Positions 18,938-28,303 of a DNA stretch of 64,000 nucleotides are shown here, piece by piece. The translations under genes were made by a program, and so were the position numbers. The DNA lies in contig CAXXPR010000001.1 in the NCBI GenBank assembly GCA_963665715.2, positions 868,550 through 932,549 of the forward strand. Reading direction: 5' to 3'. Source of the stretch: Desulfatiglandales bacterium (GTDB lineage: Bacteria; Desulfobacterota; DSM-4660; Desulfatiglandales; HGW-15). The notes under the pieces are model-generated. The model worked only from the letters and a program-made list of their open reading frames with translations. It made no database searches and had not been told where the DNA came from. Each line of letters starts with the position of its first letter. The stretch's first letter is position 1.

Positions 18938-20095
18938 TTAATAACCTTTCATCATATCAAATGCTATTTCTGCTGTTCTGGCGGATGCACCCGGTTCTCC
19001 AAGGCTTAGCCTTACTCCTGCCAGCTTTTCTTTTATGGCCGCTTTCTTATCTTCGTTTTCAAGGATTTCAAGACCCTTTTCAGCCATTTTATCTGGAGCA
19101 ACTTCTTCCTGCAAAAGCTCCGGAGCAACTTCTTCACCTGCAACAAGATTGACAAGGCCTGCATAGGGAACCTTGACCACCCGCTTTGCAATAGCAAATG
19201 AGAGGGGTGAAATTCTGTATGTGATAATCATTGGAACGCCCATTATGGCAGTTTCAAGCGTTGCTGTTCCTGATGCCACATAGGCAAGGTCACTTACGGC
19301 AAGGCAGTTATATACTCCTTTGCCTGTAGTTATGACTTTAAGGTCCGAAAGGCCTATTATACTGTCTATAAGTTCAGGAGATATGGTAGGTGCAACCGGA
19401 AGCAGGCACTTTAAGCTTTTTACCCGTTTTGAAATAATTTCTGCAGCGCCAAGCATGTCGGGCAGGAGCTTTTTAATTTCTTCACTTCTGCTTCCCGGTA
19501 AAAGGGCAATTACCGTATCTTCATCCTTTATACCGTAGTCATTTTTTATTTTGGATTTATTAAGATCCAGCGGAACCTGGTCCATCAGGGGATGACCTAC
19601 ATAGTCAACCGGCATTGATGTCCCTGTTTCCTGGTAAAAATCCTTTTCAAATGGCAGGATAACAGCCATCCTGTCCACACGCTGTGATATCTTTTTTACT
19701 CTTCCGCTTCTCCATGCCCAGAGCTGCGGGCTTACATAATACAGCACAGGAATTCCGAATTTTTTTGCGGCTCCTGCAAGGCTGATATTAAATCCCGGAT
19801 AATCAATAAGGATAAGAAGGTCCGGTTGTTCATTTTTAAGGATGGAGCGCAGTCTGAAGTAGGACTTGAGAATAATATTTGATTTTGAAAGAACCTCGGT
19901 AATTCCTACAACCGCCATCTGTGAAGAATGGTCAGTAATGTCTACCCCGGAAATTACCATCCTGTCGCCGCCGATACCCTGGAAAAGGATATCCCGGTCC
20001 ATCTTTTTCATGGCCTTTACCAGGTTGGCCCCGTGAAGATCTCCCGAGGCCTCTCCTGCAACTATCAGTACATGTTTTGCATTAAGTTTTGTCAC
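18938..20095 (-). CDS. lpxB: Lipid-A-disaccharide synthase
   Basis: 385 aa. The N-terminus VLIVAGEASGDLHGANLVKAM and the segment IDYPGFN are characteristic of LpxB. It sits in the lpx cluster. Confidence 0.9.
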   Translation of the reverse strand: MTKLNAKHVLIVAGEASGDLHGANLVKAMKKMDRDILFQGIGGDRMVISGVDITDHSSQMAVVGITEVLSKSNIILKSYFRLRSILKNEQPDLLILIDYPGFNISLAGAAKKFGIPVLYYVSPQLWAWRSGRVKKISQRVDRMAVILPFEKDFYQETGTSMPVDYVGHPLMDQVPLDLNKSKIKNDYGIKDEDTVIALLPGSRSEEIKKLLPDMLGAAEIISKRVKSLKCLLPVAPTISPELIDSIIGLSDLKVITTGKGVYNCLAVSDLAYVASGTATLETAIMGVPMIITYRISPLSFAIAKRVVKVPYAGLVNLVAGEEVAPELLQEEVAPDKMAEKGLEILENEDKKAAIKEKLAGVRLSLGEPGASARTAEIAFDMMKGY

Positions 20096-20137
20096 GGCTG
20101 CCTTATAAAAAAAGCAAGTATTCAGGTTAGTTTAAAC

Positions 20138-21115
20138 CTAGTTAACTGACTGGAATGTACAGCATTCCTTTTGTATCTGCTCAATTACATAAAGCGCAAT
20201 CTTAAGAGCCTTTCTTTCATCACGCTCTTCAGATCCCTGTTTTTTGCCCTGCCTTACAGCTGTTACGAAATGATTTATCTGGTCTGCCAGCGGATCACTG
20301 TTTTCGAATTTTACATTTTCCGTTTTCAGTTCTGCAAGGCTTAACCTGTCTTCGGCCCCTTCATTCAGGCGGGTAACGCTGAACTCCCTCCTGTAGCAGT
20401 TGGCATGAATATAGGCATCCGGCTGAAACACGCGAATCTTTCTTAATGTTTTTTCTGCAATTCTGCTTGCTGTCAGGTTTGCCACTGTACCGTTTTCAAA
20501 AATAATCCTGACATTTGCAATATCGGTTTTATCTGTAATAACACACATGCCTACGGAATGTATTTCCTTGACTTCCGATGTCACAAGGTTAAGGACAATA
20601 TCAAGGTCGTGGATCATAAGGTCCAGCACTACGTCAACATCAGTTCCCCTTTCGGTGAACTTGTTCATCCTGTGGGTTTCAATAAAAAGAGGATTGTTCA
20701 GGTAGTCGGAAATCCTTACAACCGCAGGGTTGAATCTTTCAACCAGTCCTACATGAAGAATAAGTTCCTTTTCCTGTGCAAGATTTAAAAGTGCATCAGC
20801 GCTTTCAAGATCATAGGTGATCGGTTTTTCTATGAGCAGATGCACCCCTGCGTTCAATATGTCTTTAGCTACATCAAAATGTTTTTCAGTGGTAACGGCA
20901 AGGCTTGCAGCATCTACAAGCTTAAGCAGGTCCAGGTGATTCTCAAATACCTTTACATTGTATTTTTCGCCTATTTCCTTTGCTCTTTCGATGTTTACAT
21001 CCGAAACTCCGACGAGCTCAATACCCGATTTGCCTGAATATTTCTGGACATGTTTTTCGCCCATCTGGCCTACGCCGATTACACATACCTTAACTCTTTT
21101 ACTTTTTGTCGTCAT
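20138..21115 (-). CDS. Gfo/Idh/MocA-family NAD(P)-dependent oxidoreductase embedded in the lpx cluster
   Basis: 325 aa with an N-terminal Rossmann motif (VCVIGVGQMGEKH) and EKP in LLIEKPIT, typical of the family. It lies between lpxI and lpxB. Confidence 0.8.
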   Translation of the reverse strand: MTTKSKRVKVCVIGVGQMGEKHVQKYSGKSGIELVGVSDVNIERAKEIGEKYNVKVFENHLDLLKLVDAASLAVTTEKHFDVAKDILNAGVHLLIEKPITYDLESADALLNLAQEKELILHVGLVERFNPAVVRISDYLNNPLFIETHRMNKFTERGTDVDVVLDLMIHDLDIVLNLVTSEVKEIHSVGMCVITDKTDIANVRIIFENGTVANLTASRIAEKTLRKIRVFQPDAYIHANCYRREFSVTRLNEGAEDRLSLAELKTENVKFENSDPLADQINHFVTAVRQGKKQGSEERDERKALKIALYVIEQIQKECCTFQSVN

Positions 21116-21141
21116 ATAACTAAAACCTGGTTTCTGTATTT

Positions 21142-21972
21142 TTATCTTCCATCCTGTAAATTACAGGACATGATAGAGATTTTATTTGAGTTTGCGAGCT
21201 CAATCATTTTTTCCCTGTCAAAAACAAGGGTTTTTCCCGCTTCAACAGCCAGCACCCCGGCCTTTACCTCGATCATTGCTTTTATTGTATCGATGCCTAC
21301 CGACGGTACATCAAACCTCATATCCTGATCCGGTTTGCTAACTTTAACTATGACTGCCCTTTCGCCGGCTATTTTTCCGCCTCTTAAAATTGTTGCGCTG
21401 GTACCGTCAATTGCTTCAAGTGCTAGTATGGTTTTCTTTCTTACAACAGCGCACTGGCCAATGTCCAGTTTTCCAAGTTCTTTTGCGACCTTCCATCCCA
21501 GTTCGATATCTTTTTTTTCTTCTTTATCCGGCTTTCTTTTTGTAAGACAGCCTTCGGGAGCGAGAAGTTCAGGGAGATACATGGTTGAACTGACTATTTC
21601 GATACCTTCACCCTTAAGTTCATCCGCCAGAGCTCTCAGGATATTATCATCATGGAATATTGCAAATTTGGATAAAAATGCAAGTCCTTTTATGTCCGGT
21701 TTTATGTTTCCGAACATTTTACTTTTATTTATCGTGCCGGCCATAAGGGCTTTGGACACATTTCTTTTTTTGAAAGCCTTAATAAGCCTGCCGAGCTGTC
21801 CGAGCCTGATCCATTCTATCTCATCCGCTTTCCGGGCAAGCTGTTCATCAGCCTCACCCTCAAAGGCAACTGCAGTTACCCTCAGCCCCTGCTTTTTAGC
21901 GGCATCGGCAGCTATAAGGGGAAACTGGCCTCCGCCGGCTATAATTCCGATGTTATCCATATCTTCAGCCAT
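21142..21972 (-). CDS. lpxI: UDP-2,3-diacylglucosamine pyrophosphatase LpxI (DUF1009 family)
   Basis: 276 aa. GIIAGGGQFPL, LDIGQCAVV, LEAIDGTSATI and DVPSVGIDTI are colinear with Caulobacter LpxI as I recall it. It occupies the canonical position after lpxA. Confidence 0.8.
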   Translation of the reverse strand: MAEDMDNIGIIAGGGQFPLIAADAAKKQGLRVTAVAFEGEADEQLARKADEIEWIRLGQLGRLIKAFKKRNVSKALMAGTINKSKMFGNIKPDIKGLAFLSKFAIFHDDNILRALADELKGEGIEIVSSTMYLPELLAPEGCLTKRKPDKEEKKDIELGWKVAKELGKLDIGQCAVVRKKTILALEAIDGTSATILRGGKIAGERAVIVKVSKPDQDMRFDVPSVGIDTIKAMIEVKAGVLAVEAGKTLVFDREKMIELANSNKISIMSCNLQDGR

Positions 21973-21975
21973 CGG

Positions 21976-22776
21976 TTACCGGTCTTCGTCCTTTTTGGAT
22001 CCCCTGGCTATACCCCTTGGAGAATCTGCGTTTAAAAAACCCAGCAGAATATCAAGTTCCGGAAAAGTTTCCATTTCATCCTGGACTCTTTTTATACCGT
22101 CTTTAAGCACTGTGCTTTCACGCCATATTATCCTGTATGCTTTTCTTAAGCCTGTGATGGCCTCTCTTGAAAAACCGTTACGTCTTAAGCCCACAAGGTT
22201 GAGTCCGTGAAGTTCTGCCCTCTGCCCTGCGGCCATCATATAAGGCGGTATATCTCTTGGTACCCCGGAGATTCCGCTTACAAAAGCATATGCGCCGACT
22301 CTCAGAAACTGGTGAGTGGCAATAAAAGAGCTCAGTGTAACATGGTCTCCTATGCTTGTATGCCCCCCAAGCGTTGCTGCATTAACCATTATAACATGGC
22401 TGCCAACAACGCAGTCATGGGCAATATGTGAATAGGCCATAATATAATTGTTATTGCCTACCTTTGTTACCCGGTCCTGTTTGGTGGTTGCCCTGTGGAT
22501 TGTGGTGTATTCCCTGATGGTATTATTATTGCCGATAACTACGCGGGTCTCTTCCCCTTTGTATCCGATATCCTGGGGAGGCGCACCGATGGAAACCAGG
22601 TGGGAGATATAATTGTTTTCTCCTATCTCCACATGCCCTTCAATCACGGTGTGCCCGCCGATCCTGGTATTTTTACCAATTTTTACGTGTTCGCCTATAA
22701 TAGCGCAGGGGCCAATTTCGACATCCTCGGATATCTCGGCCCCCGGTTCGACAACGGCTGTTGCATGGATTTTCAT
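21976..22776 (-). CDS. lpxA: Acyl-ACP--UDP-N-acetylglucosamine O-acyltransferase
   Basis: 266 aa. It has N-terminal hexapeptide repeats (MKIHATAVVEPGAEISEDVEIGPCAIIGEHVKIG) and a helical C-terminal domain. Cluster context supports the call. Confidence 0.9.
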   Translation of the reverse strand: MKIHATAVVEPGAEISEDVEIGPCAIIGEHVKIGKNTRIGGHTVIEGHVEIGENNYISHLVSIGAPPQDIGYKGEETRVVIGNNNTIREYTTIHRATTKQDRVTKVGNNNYIMAYSHIAHDCVVGSHVIMVNAATLGGHTSIGDHVTLSSFIATHQFLRVGAYAFVSGISGVPRDIPPYMMAAGQRAELHGLNLVGLRRNGFSREAITGLRKAYRIIWRESTVLKDGIKRVQDEMETFPELDILLGFLNADSPRGIARGSKKDEDR

Positions 22777-22796
22777 TTTCTATTCTTTCTGAAAAA

Positions 22797-23246
22797 TTAA
22801 AGTAACTGGGCAGTCATTTCCGCCTGGGCAGCCAGACTGTCATCAACATAGGCCTTTCCTGCAAGTTTCCATATTTTTGACCCGGTCCTGATTGTCTCGA
22901 CTTCCATTCTAAGCTGATCACCCGGTACAACCTGTCTTCTGAATTTTACTTTATCGATGCCCATAAATATTACGAGCTTTGGCTCCGGTTCGCCCTCTTC
23001 CTCTTCCATCATTGAAAGCCTGGCAAGAATGCCGCCTGTCTGGCCCATTGCTTCTATTATTAAAACCCCCGGCATTACCGGTTCTCCTGGGAAATGTCCC
23101 TGGAAAAATTCTTCATTGGCTGAAACATTTTTATACCCAACTGCCCTTTTGTAGGGTTCAAACTCGGTTACCCTGTCAACAAGCAGGAAAGGGTAGCGGT
23201 GAGGGAGCAGCTGAATGATTTCTTTATATGTTATTGGTAATTCCAT
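22797..23246 (-). CDS. fabZ: 3-hydroxyacyl-ACP dehydratase
   Basis: 149 aa with the LPHRYPFLLVDRV and FFQGHFPGEPVMPGVL signatures. Confidence 0.95.
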   Translation of the reverse strand: MELPITYKEIIQLLPHRYPFLLVDRVTEFEPYKRAVGYKNVSANEEFFQGHFPGEPVMPGVLIIEAMGQTGGILARLSMMEEEEGEPEPKLVIFMGIDKVKFRRQVVPGDQLRMEVETIRTGSKIWKLAGKAYVDDSLAAQAEMTAQLL

Positions 23247-23270
23247 AGATCCTCTCTTTTTCTGTCTGTA

Positions 23271-24299
23271 TTACTCGTTTTCCAGTTCTTTAAGTCTTTT
23301 TTCCATTGCTTTGACTTTTTTATTAAGGTCAGGAAGTTTTTTAATCAAAGCCCTTGTTTCCATCCAGAGTTTTGCGGGCATTGTCGGGTCTCCAAGGACT
23401 ACTTCGCCTTCCGGAATGGATTTGTGTACACCTGCGCCCGATCCTATAACTACACCGTCTCCTATGGTTATATGATCCCTGAATCCGACCTTTCCGCCTA
23501 TAATAACCCTGTCTCCGATCGTAACACTTCCGGATATACCCGACTGTGCTGCCACAACGGTGTGTTCTCCTATGACGACATTATGTGCAACCTGAACCTG
23601 GTTATCCAGTTTTACATCTTTTTTTATCAGGGTAGTGCCGTTGGCTGCCCTGTCGATAACGGTATTTGCACCTATCTCAACATTGTCTTCAATTCGGACA
23701 TTTCCGAGCTGTGGAACTTTTATGTTTCCCTCCCCGCTCTGAATATACCCGAAACCGTCACTTCCGATTACGGTACCTGCATGAACTATTACTTTGGATC
23801 CGATAATGCAGTCATGCATTACAGATACATTCGCGTGAAGAATAGTGTCTTTTCCGACTTTTACGTTGTCGCCAATAAAAACACCCGGAAAAAGAATTGT
23901 ATTGTCTCCTATTTCCGCATTTTTCCCAACATAAACCATAGGGTAGATGGATACATTCTTTCCTGTTTTTGCTGTTTCATCTATTACAGCATCTTTGCTT
24001 ATCCCGTCATATCTAGATACGGAAGGTGCAAAGTGTGCAGCCAGCCTGGCATAGGCAAGCTTGGGATCTTTCACTATTATCTGACTTCCGGAAAAGCCTT
24101 CTATTTTTTCCGAGACCACCAGGGCAGCTGCCTTTGTTTCCATGGCCAGCTGTCTGTAGCGCATGTCATAAAAGAAGGAGAGGTCCTGTTCACCTGCATT
24201 ATCCAGGGAGTTTACCCCTGTAATAATACTTGCTCCGTTTCCTGCGACCTCTCCCTTTATCAGTTCTGCAATTTTATCAAGAGTAAGTTCCAACTGCAA
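23271..24299 (-). CDS. lpxD: UDP-3-O-acylglucosamine N-acyltransferase
   Basis: 342 aa with a long left-handed beta-helix hexapeptide region. It has the canonical position upstream of fabZ-lpxA. Confidence 0.9.
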   Translation of the reverse strand: MQLELTLDKIAELIKGEVAGNGASIITGVNSLDNAGEQDLSFFYDMRYRQLAMETKAAALVVSEKIEGFSGSQIIVKDPKLAYARLAAHFAPSVSRYDGISKDAVIDETAKTGKNVSIYPMVYVGKNAEIGDNTILFPGVFIGDNVKVGKDTILHANVSVMHDCIIGSKVIVHAGTVIGSDGFGYIQSGEGNIKVPQLGNVRIEDNVEIGANTVIDRAANGTTLIKKDVKLDNQVQVAHNVVIGEHTVVAAQSGISGSVTIGDRVIIGGKVGFRDHITIGDGVVIGSGAGVHKSIPEGEVVLGDPTMPAKLWMETRALIKKLPDLNKKVKAMEKRLKELENE

Positions 24300-24339
24300 C
24301 CTCAGCTAATTTTTATAAATATAAAATCTCTGAAACCTG

Positions 24340-24849
24340 TTAAGGTTTAACTTTATTAAGCTCTTCGATTACTTCGCCGGTTATGTCAAGGCCCTCTGAA
24401 TAATAGAGAAGGGTACGTCTTTCGGTAATCATATCAAATTTTTTATTTTTTGCTATTGTTTCAACTACGCCGACTATGAGCTTCAGTAACTCGTTCTGCG
24501 CTTCTGTGCGGAATTTATTCATCTCTTCATTCATGTCCTGAGCAAGATAGGCCAGCTCTCTTTTCTTTTTTTCAAACTCTTTCTGCCTGTCTTCCTTTGC
24601 GTCCATGCTGAGCATAAGGCTCTGTTTTTCAATGTCCTTCTGCATATCAACAAGTTCCTGCTGTTTTTTATCAAGGTCTTTCTGCATTTCTCCGTGCTTT
24701 GCCTTGAGTGATGTATCCAGTTTCTTGCCTTCATTGGACTCTATCATGATTCTCTGCAGATCCAGAACTCCTACTTTTAGTTCCGCAGCTCCAAGTTGGA
24801 AAGAAAAGAATGTCAGTGTTATAAAGATAATACCGGTTAAATATTTCAT
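24340..24849 (-). CDS. skp: OmpH/Skp-family periplasmic chaperone
   Basis: It has a signal peptide (MKYLTGIIFITLTFFSFQLGAA) followed by a K/E/Q-rich coiled coil. It lies between bamA and lpxD. The ATG at 24849 follows AAGGGGA and is preferred over the TTG at 24864. Confidence 0.8.
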   Translation of the reverse strand: MKYLTGIIFITLTFFSFQLGAAELKVGVLDLQRIMIESNEGKKLDTSLKAKHGEMQKDLDKKQQELVDMQKDIEKQSLMLSMDAKEDRQKEFEKKKRELAYLAQDMNEEMNKFRTEAQNELLKLIVGVVETIAKNKKFDMITERRTLLYYSEGLDITGEVIEELNKVKP

Positions 24850-24900
24850 GTTATCCCCTTTCAATTATGTATGTTTTATTTATTAACTTTTTAAAGTATT

Positions 24901-27642
24901 TTAGAAATTTCCACCAATTTTAAATTCGAATCTGCCGTCCTGGTCGTCATTACTGCGTTCATTAAGTTTGAAACCGTATTCCAGTCTCAACGGCCCCATT
25001 GGAGACCTCCATCTTACTCCGAATCCGACAGATGTTCCGGCTCCTGTTTTCCAGCTCTTTTCCTTTGCATAGGCGTTTCCTGCATCAAAGAAAATAAGGC
25101 CGGTAAGACCTTCTCCCTTTACAAGAGGGAATCTGAATTCAAGTTTGTACAGCCACATTCTGTCGCCGCCGATTTCATCATATGTTGTGGGATCAAGGGG
25201 GGAGATTGTTCCATACTCATATCCCCTTACCGTATCTATACCTCCGAGAAGAAATTTTTCATATAACGGAAGCCTGCCGTCAGATCGGCCCTGAACAAGA
25301 CCGATTTCGGTATTAACAACCAGAACCGTTTTCCACATCAACGGCAGGTAAAATGTTGATCCTGCAAGGTACTTGTTGAATGCAACATTACCGCCAAGAC
25401 CGCCGCCTGCATATTCAAAAGATAAATAGCTCAGAGAACCGCTTGATGTGTCCCATACTCTGTCTTTACTGTTGCGTTCAATTCCAAGAGTTACACTGCT
25501 TGTAAGGTGTTTTCCTGCCATATCCTGGATCAATGCAGATGCACCGGAATAAATATCAGTAACTTCCGAGCTGTCATACGAGTATCTTACCGTACCCCTG
25601 GTGTAATCATCCAGTCCCAGAAGAAAAGCCAGACCTGCATTTCCGCCGACACGCTCTCTTGTATATTCATCATAATCAATATCCCAGTTATATAATGATA
25701 TTGATCCTCTTACAGGTTTATCAAAAAGCCATGGTTCGGTAAGAGACAGGTTAAACCTTGTGGTCCTTTTTCCAAGGAGTGCATTGAGTGAAAAATTCTG
25801 ATTTCTTCCCCACATGTTACTGTTTTCATACTGCAGGGCTACCTGAAATTTTTCGTAGCCGCCGTAACCTGCTGAAAATGAAATTGACCTCTGAAGTTTT
25901 TCCTCTCCTTCAATATCAATTACCATTTTGTCATCGCTGCTGCCCCGCCTTGTTTTTACTTCATGGTTTTCAAAAAGGCTTATGCGGTCGAGGTTTTCCC
26001 TGCTTTTTGCAAGTTTGGTGCTGCTGAAATAATCTCCTTCTGCAAGTTTTAACTCTCTTCTGAGAACCTTGTCTTTTGTTATTTCATTTCCGAAAAAGTT
26101 AATTCTTTCTACGCGGACTCTTTTATTTTTCTGTATGGTTAAAATTGCGTCGGCATAATTGGTGCCGGGTAATTTTTTAGCCCGGAAATCTACATCCGTG
26201 TATGCGTATCCCATATCTGCATACAGGTTCTTGATTTGTTCGGTTTCCGTGTAAATGGTAATTGTGCTGAATGGGTCGTCTTTTTTTACTCCAAGGATTT
26301 TTTTAAGTTCTTCAGCCGGTCTCAGCAGATCTCCTTCAAAAATTATATCGTTAACAAGGGACCGTTCACCCTCTGTAATGCTGATGGTAACTATAAGACC
26401 TTCTTCTTTCTCATCATAAACTATTTCGGGAGTTCCGGCGCGTGCATCCATATAGCCCTGGGTGTCGTAGTACTGGACAATTCTTGTGAGGTCAAACTCC
26501 AGCTTTTTTTTGTCCAGAACGCCTGAATCGGTAAACCATGTCAGCCAGCTTTTTTCTTTGGTGATCATGATATCCTTAAGATCATCATCCTCAAATACTT
26601 CGTTTCCTACAAATTGTATTTTCTCAATATATACCTTCTCACCCTCTTCAATTACATATGTGAGAATTACTTCATTATCCGGGAGTTCCTTTACATTGTA
26701 CTTGATATCAACGTTGTAGTATCCGTCTGTCTTGTAGAACTCAAGAAGACGGTTTATGCTCTGCCTTACTTCATTCCTGTTAAGAACCGCATACTGTTTT
26801 ATCCCCAGTTCTTCGAACAGTTTTTCATCTTTTTTTGCATCGTTTCCAAGAAAATCTATTTTTACAATGGTTGGCTTTTCCACAACCGTAAAGGTTATGA
26901 TTTTTCCTTCGGGGCTGTCAGAGGGCTGAACGCTTACATCATCAAAAAATCCCATCTTGTATACGGTCCTGAGATCCCTGTCCAGTCTCTCCTGGTCAAA
27001 TTTATCACCCTTCTGGGTTTCGATAGTATTAATGATAGCGTCATCGCTGACCCGTTTGTTTCCATTGATGCTTATTTCGGATATCAGGATGTTTTCTTTG
27101 ATCTGACTCCCAAGGCTGGCGGCAATTTTGCTGAGAGCTGTCGGAAGATTTTTTTTATCGTTTTCAATCATCATAACCGAAAAGGGGGTTTTTGCTGAAT
27201 CAGGGTCCATTACACTGACATCAAGGTGAATGCTGTCAGCTTTCCGGCTCAAAATTCCCAGTATGATCCAGTCTGCTCCAACAGCTTTTCCCAGAAGGGT
27301 AATGTCCTTTTCCTGCGGAATTTCCGACAGGTTTTCTCCAAGCCTGCTGTTGATCAGTTCATTGCTGATAACCTCATAGCCTGCTTTACTCATATCCTCT
27401 GAAAACAGTTTCTGCAGGTCTGTATTAAGTTTTTCTTCAGGCTCCAGGGAGTTGATTCTGAATGGAAGAACTGCAATTTTGTCCATGCCAAAGGCAATAG
27501 ACGGTCCGGTCAAAAAAGCGGGAAGGAGCACCATAAAAAATAACAGGATGGAATAAATCCGTCCCTTTGCCGCCCTCCGGAAAATATGATTGCTGTTCAA
27601 AGAAAAGTTTCTTTCCGTTCTAATGTAATTTGCCATCGACAA
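24901..27642 (-). CDS. bamA: Outer membrane protein assembly factor BamA with an N-terminal extension
   Basis: 913 aa with POTRA-type repeats starting near ISEISINGNKRVSDDAI. The C-terminal beta-barrel ends in an aromatic residue (FEFKIGGNF). About 130 extra residues precede POTRA1. Confidence 0.9.
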   Translation of the reverse strand: MSMANYIRTERNFSLNSNHIFRRAAKGRIYSILLFFMVLLPAFLTGPSIAFGMDKIAVLPFRINSLEPEEKLNTDLQKLFSEDMSKAGYEVISNELINSRLGENLSEIPQEKDITLLGKAVGADWIILGILSRKADSIHLDVSVMDPDSAKTPFSVMMIENDKKNLPTALSKIAASLGSQIKENILISEISINGNKRVSDDAIINTIETQKGDKFDQERLDRDLRTVYKMGFFDDVSVQPSDSPEGKIITFTVVEKPTIVKIDFLGNDAKKDEKLFEELGIKQYAVLNRNEVRQSINRLLEFYKTDGYYNVDIKYNVKELPDNEVILTYVIEEGEKVYIEKIQFVGNEVFEDDDLKDIMITKEKSWLTWFTDSGVLDKKKLEFDLTRIVQYYDTQGYMDARAGTPEIVYDEKEEGLIVTISITEGERSLVNDIIFEGDLLRPAEELKKILGVKKDDPFSTITIYTETEQIKNLYADMGYAYTDVDFRAKKLPGTNYADAILTIQKNKRVRVERINFFGNEITKDKVLRRELKLAEGDYFSSTKLAKSRENLDRISLFENHEVKTRRGSSDDKMVIDIEGEEKLQRSISFSAGYGGYEKFQVALQYENSNMWGRNQNFSLNALLGKRTTRFNLSLTEPWLFDKPVRGSISLYNWDIDYDEYTRERVGGNAGLAFLLGLDDYTRGTVRYSYDSSEVTDIYSGASALIQDMAGKHLTSSVTLGIERNSKDRVWDTSSGSLSYLSFEYAGGGLGGNVAFNKYLAGSTFYLPLMWKTVLVVNTEIGLVQGRSDGRLPLYEKFLLGGIDTVRGYEYGTISPLDPTTYDEIGGDRMWLYKLEFRFPLVKGEGLTGLIFFDAGNAYAKEKSWKTGAGTSVGFGVRWRSPMGPLRLEYGFKLNERSNDDQDGRFEFKIGGNF

Positions 27643-28282
27643 TCTCCGTTACCTTTGTCATGTTATCTGCCAACTGCTGATTATGGGTTACTATAACCAT
27701 ACTCAATCCTTCTTCATCCCTGATGCGGAGAAGAAGGTCAACGATTTCTTTACCTGTTTTTCTGTCAAGGTTTCCTGTGGGCTCATCAGCAAGAAGAAGC
27801 TTCGGCTGCATCATAAGCGCCCTTGCAATTGCGACTCTCTGCTGTTCTCCTCCGGAAAGTTCTCCGGTCCTGTGACTGAAGCGTTCTGCCAGTCCAACCT
27901 TTGACAGAATCTGTTCTGCTTTTTCCTTTGCTTCCTTAATCCCCATCCTGGCGATCAGGGCAGGCATTATTGTGTTTTCGATCGCATTAAATTCAGGCAG
28001 CAGATGATGAAACTGGAACACAAAGCCTATTTCTTTGTTTCTCAGTCTGCATAAACCTGATTCATCAATATCAGACGTATCTCTGCCCTGAAATGTTACT
28101 TTACCGCCGGTAGGGCGTTCCAGCGCACCCATGATGTTAAGGAGGGTGGACTTACCCGCGCCCGATGCTCCTATAACAGCAAGTGTGTCTCCCTGGTTGA
28201 CCGTAATATCGATACCTTTAAGAACGTCAATAGTGTTGCCGTTGTGTTTGTATGATTTATGAATATTTGTGAGCTTGAGCAT
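27620..28282 (-). CDS. lolD: Lipoprotein-releasing system ATP-binding protein
   Basis: 220 aa with Walker [10 protein letters not shown], the signature [15 protein letters not shown], and Walker [13 protein letters not shown]. It is downstream of the LolC/E-type permease. Confidence 0.85.
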   Translation of the reverse strand: MLKLTNIHKSYKHNGNTIDVLKGIDITVNQGDTLAVIGASGAGKSTLLNIMGALERPTGGKVTFQGRDTSDIDESGLCRLRNKEIGFVFQFHHLLPEFNAIENTIMPALIARMGIKEAKEKAEQILSKVGLAERFSHRTGELSGGEQQRVAIARALMMQPKLLLADEPTGNLDRKTGKEIVDLLLRIRDEEGLSMVIVTHNQQLADNMTKVTEIVDGKLH

Positions 28283-28303
28283 TTTCAGTATCCCCGGACC
28301 GTT

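Noticed and set aside
21335-22210. 291-aa plus-strand ORF (and a similar 308-aa ORF at 23424-24350)
   Set aside because: They are antisense to well-supported lpxI/lpxA and lpxD. Their composition is Ser/Pro/Leu-rich or Cys/Tyr/Phe-rich with no recognisable motifs. Hexapeptide-repeat genes typically open long antisense frames.
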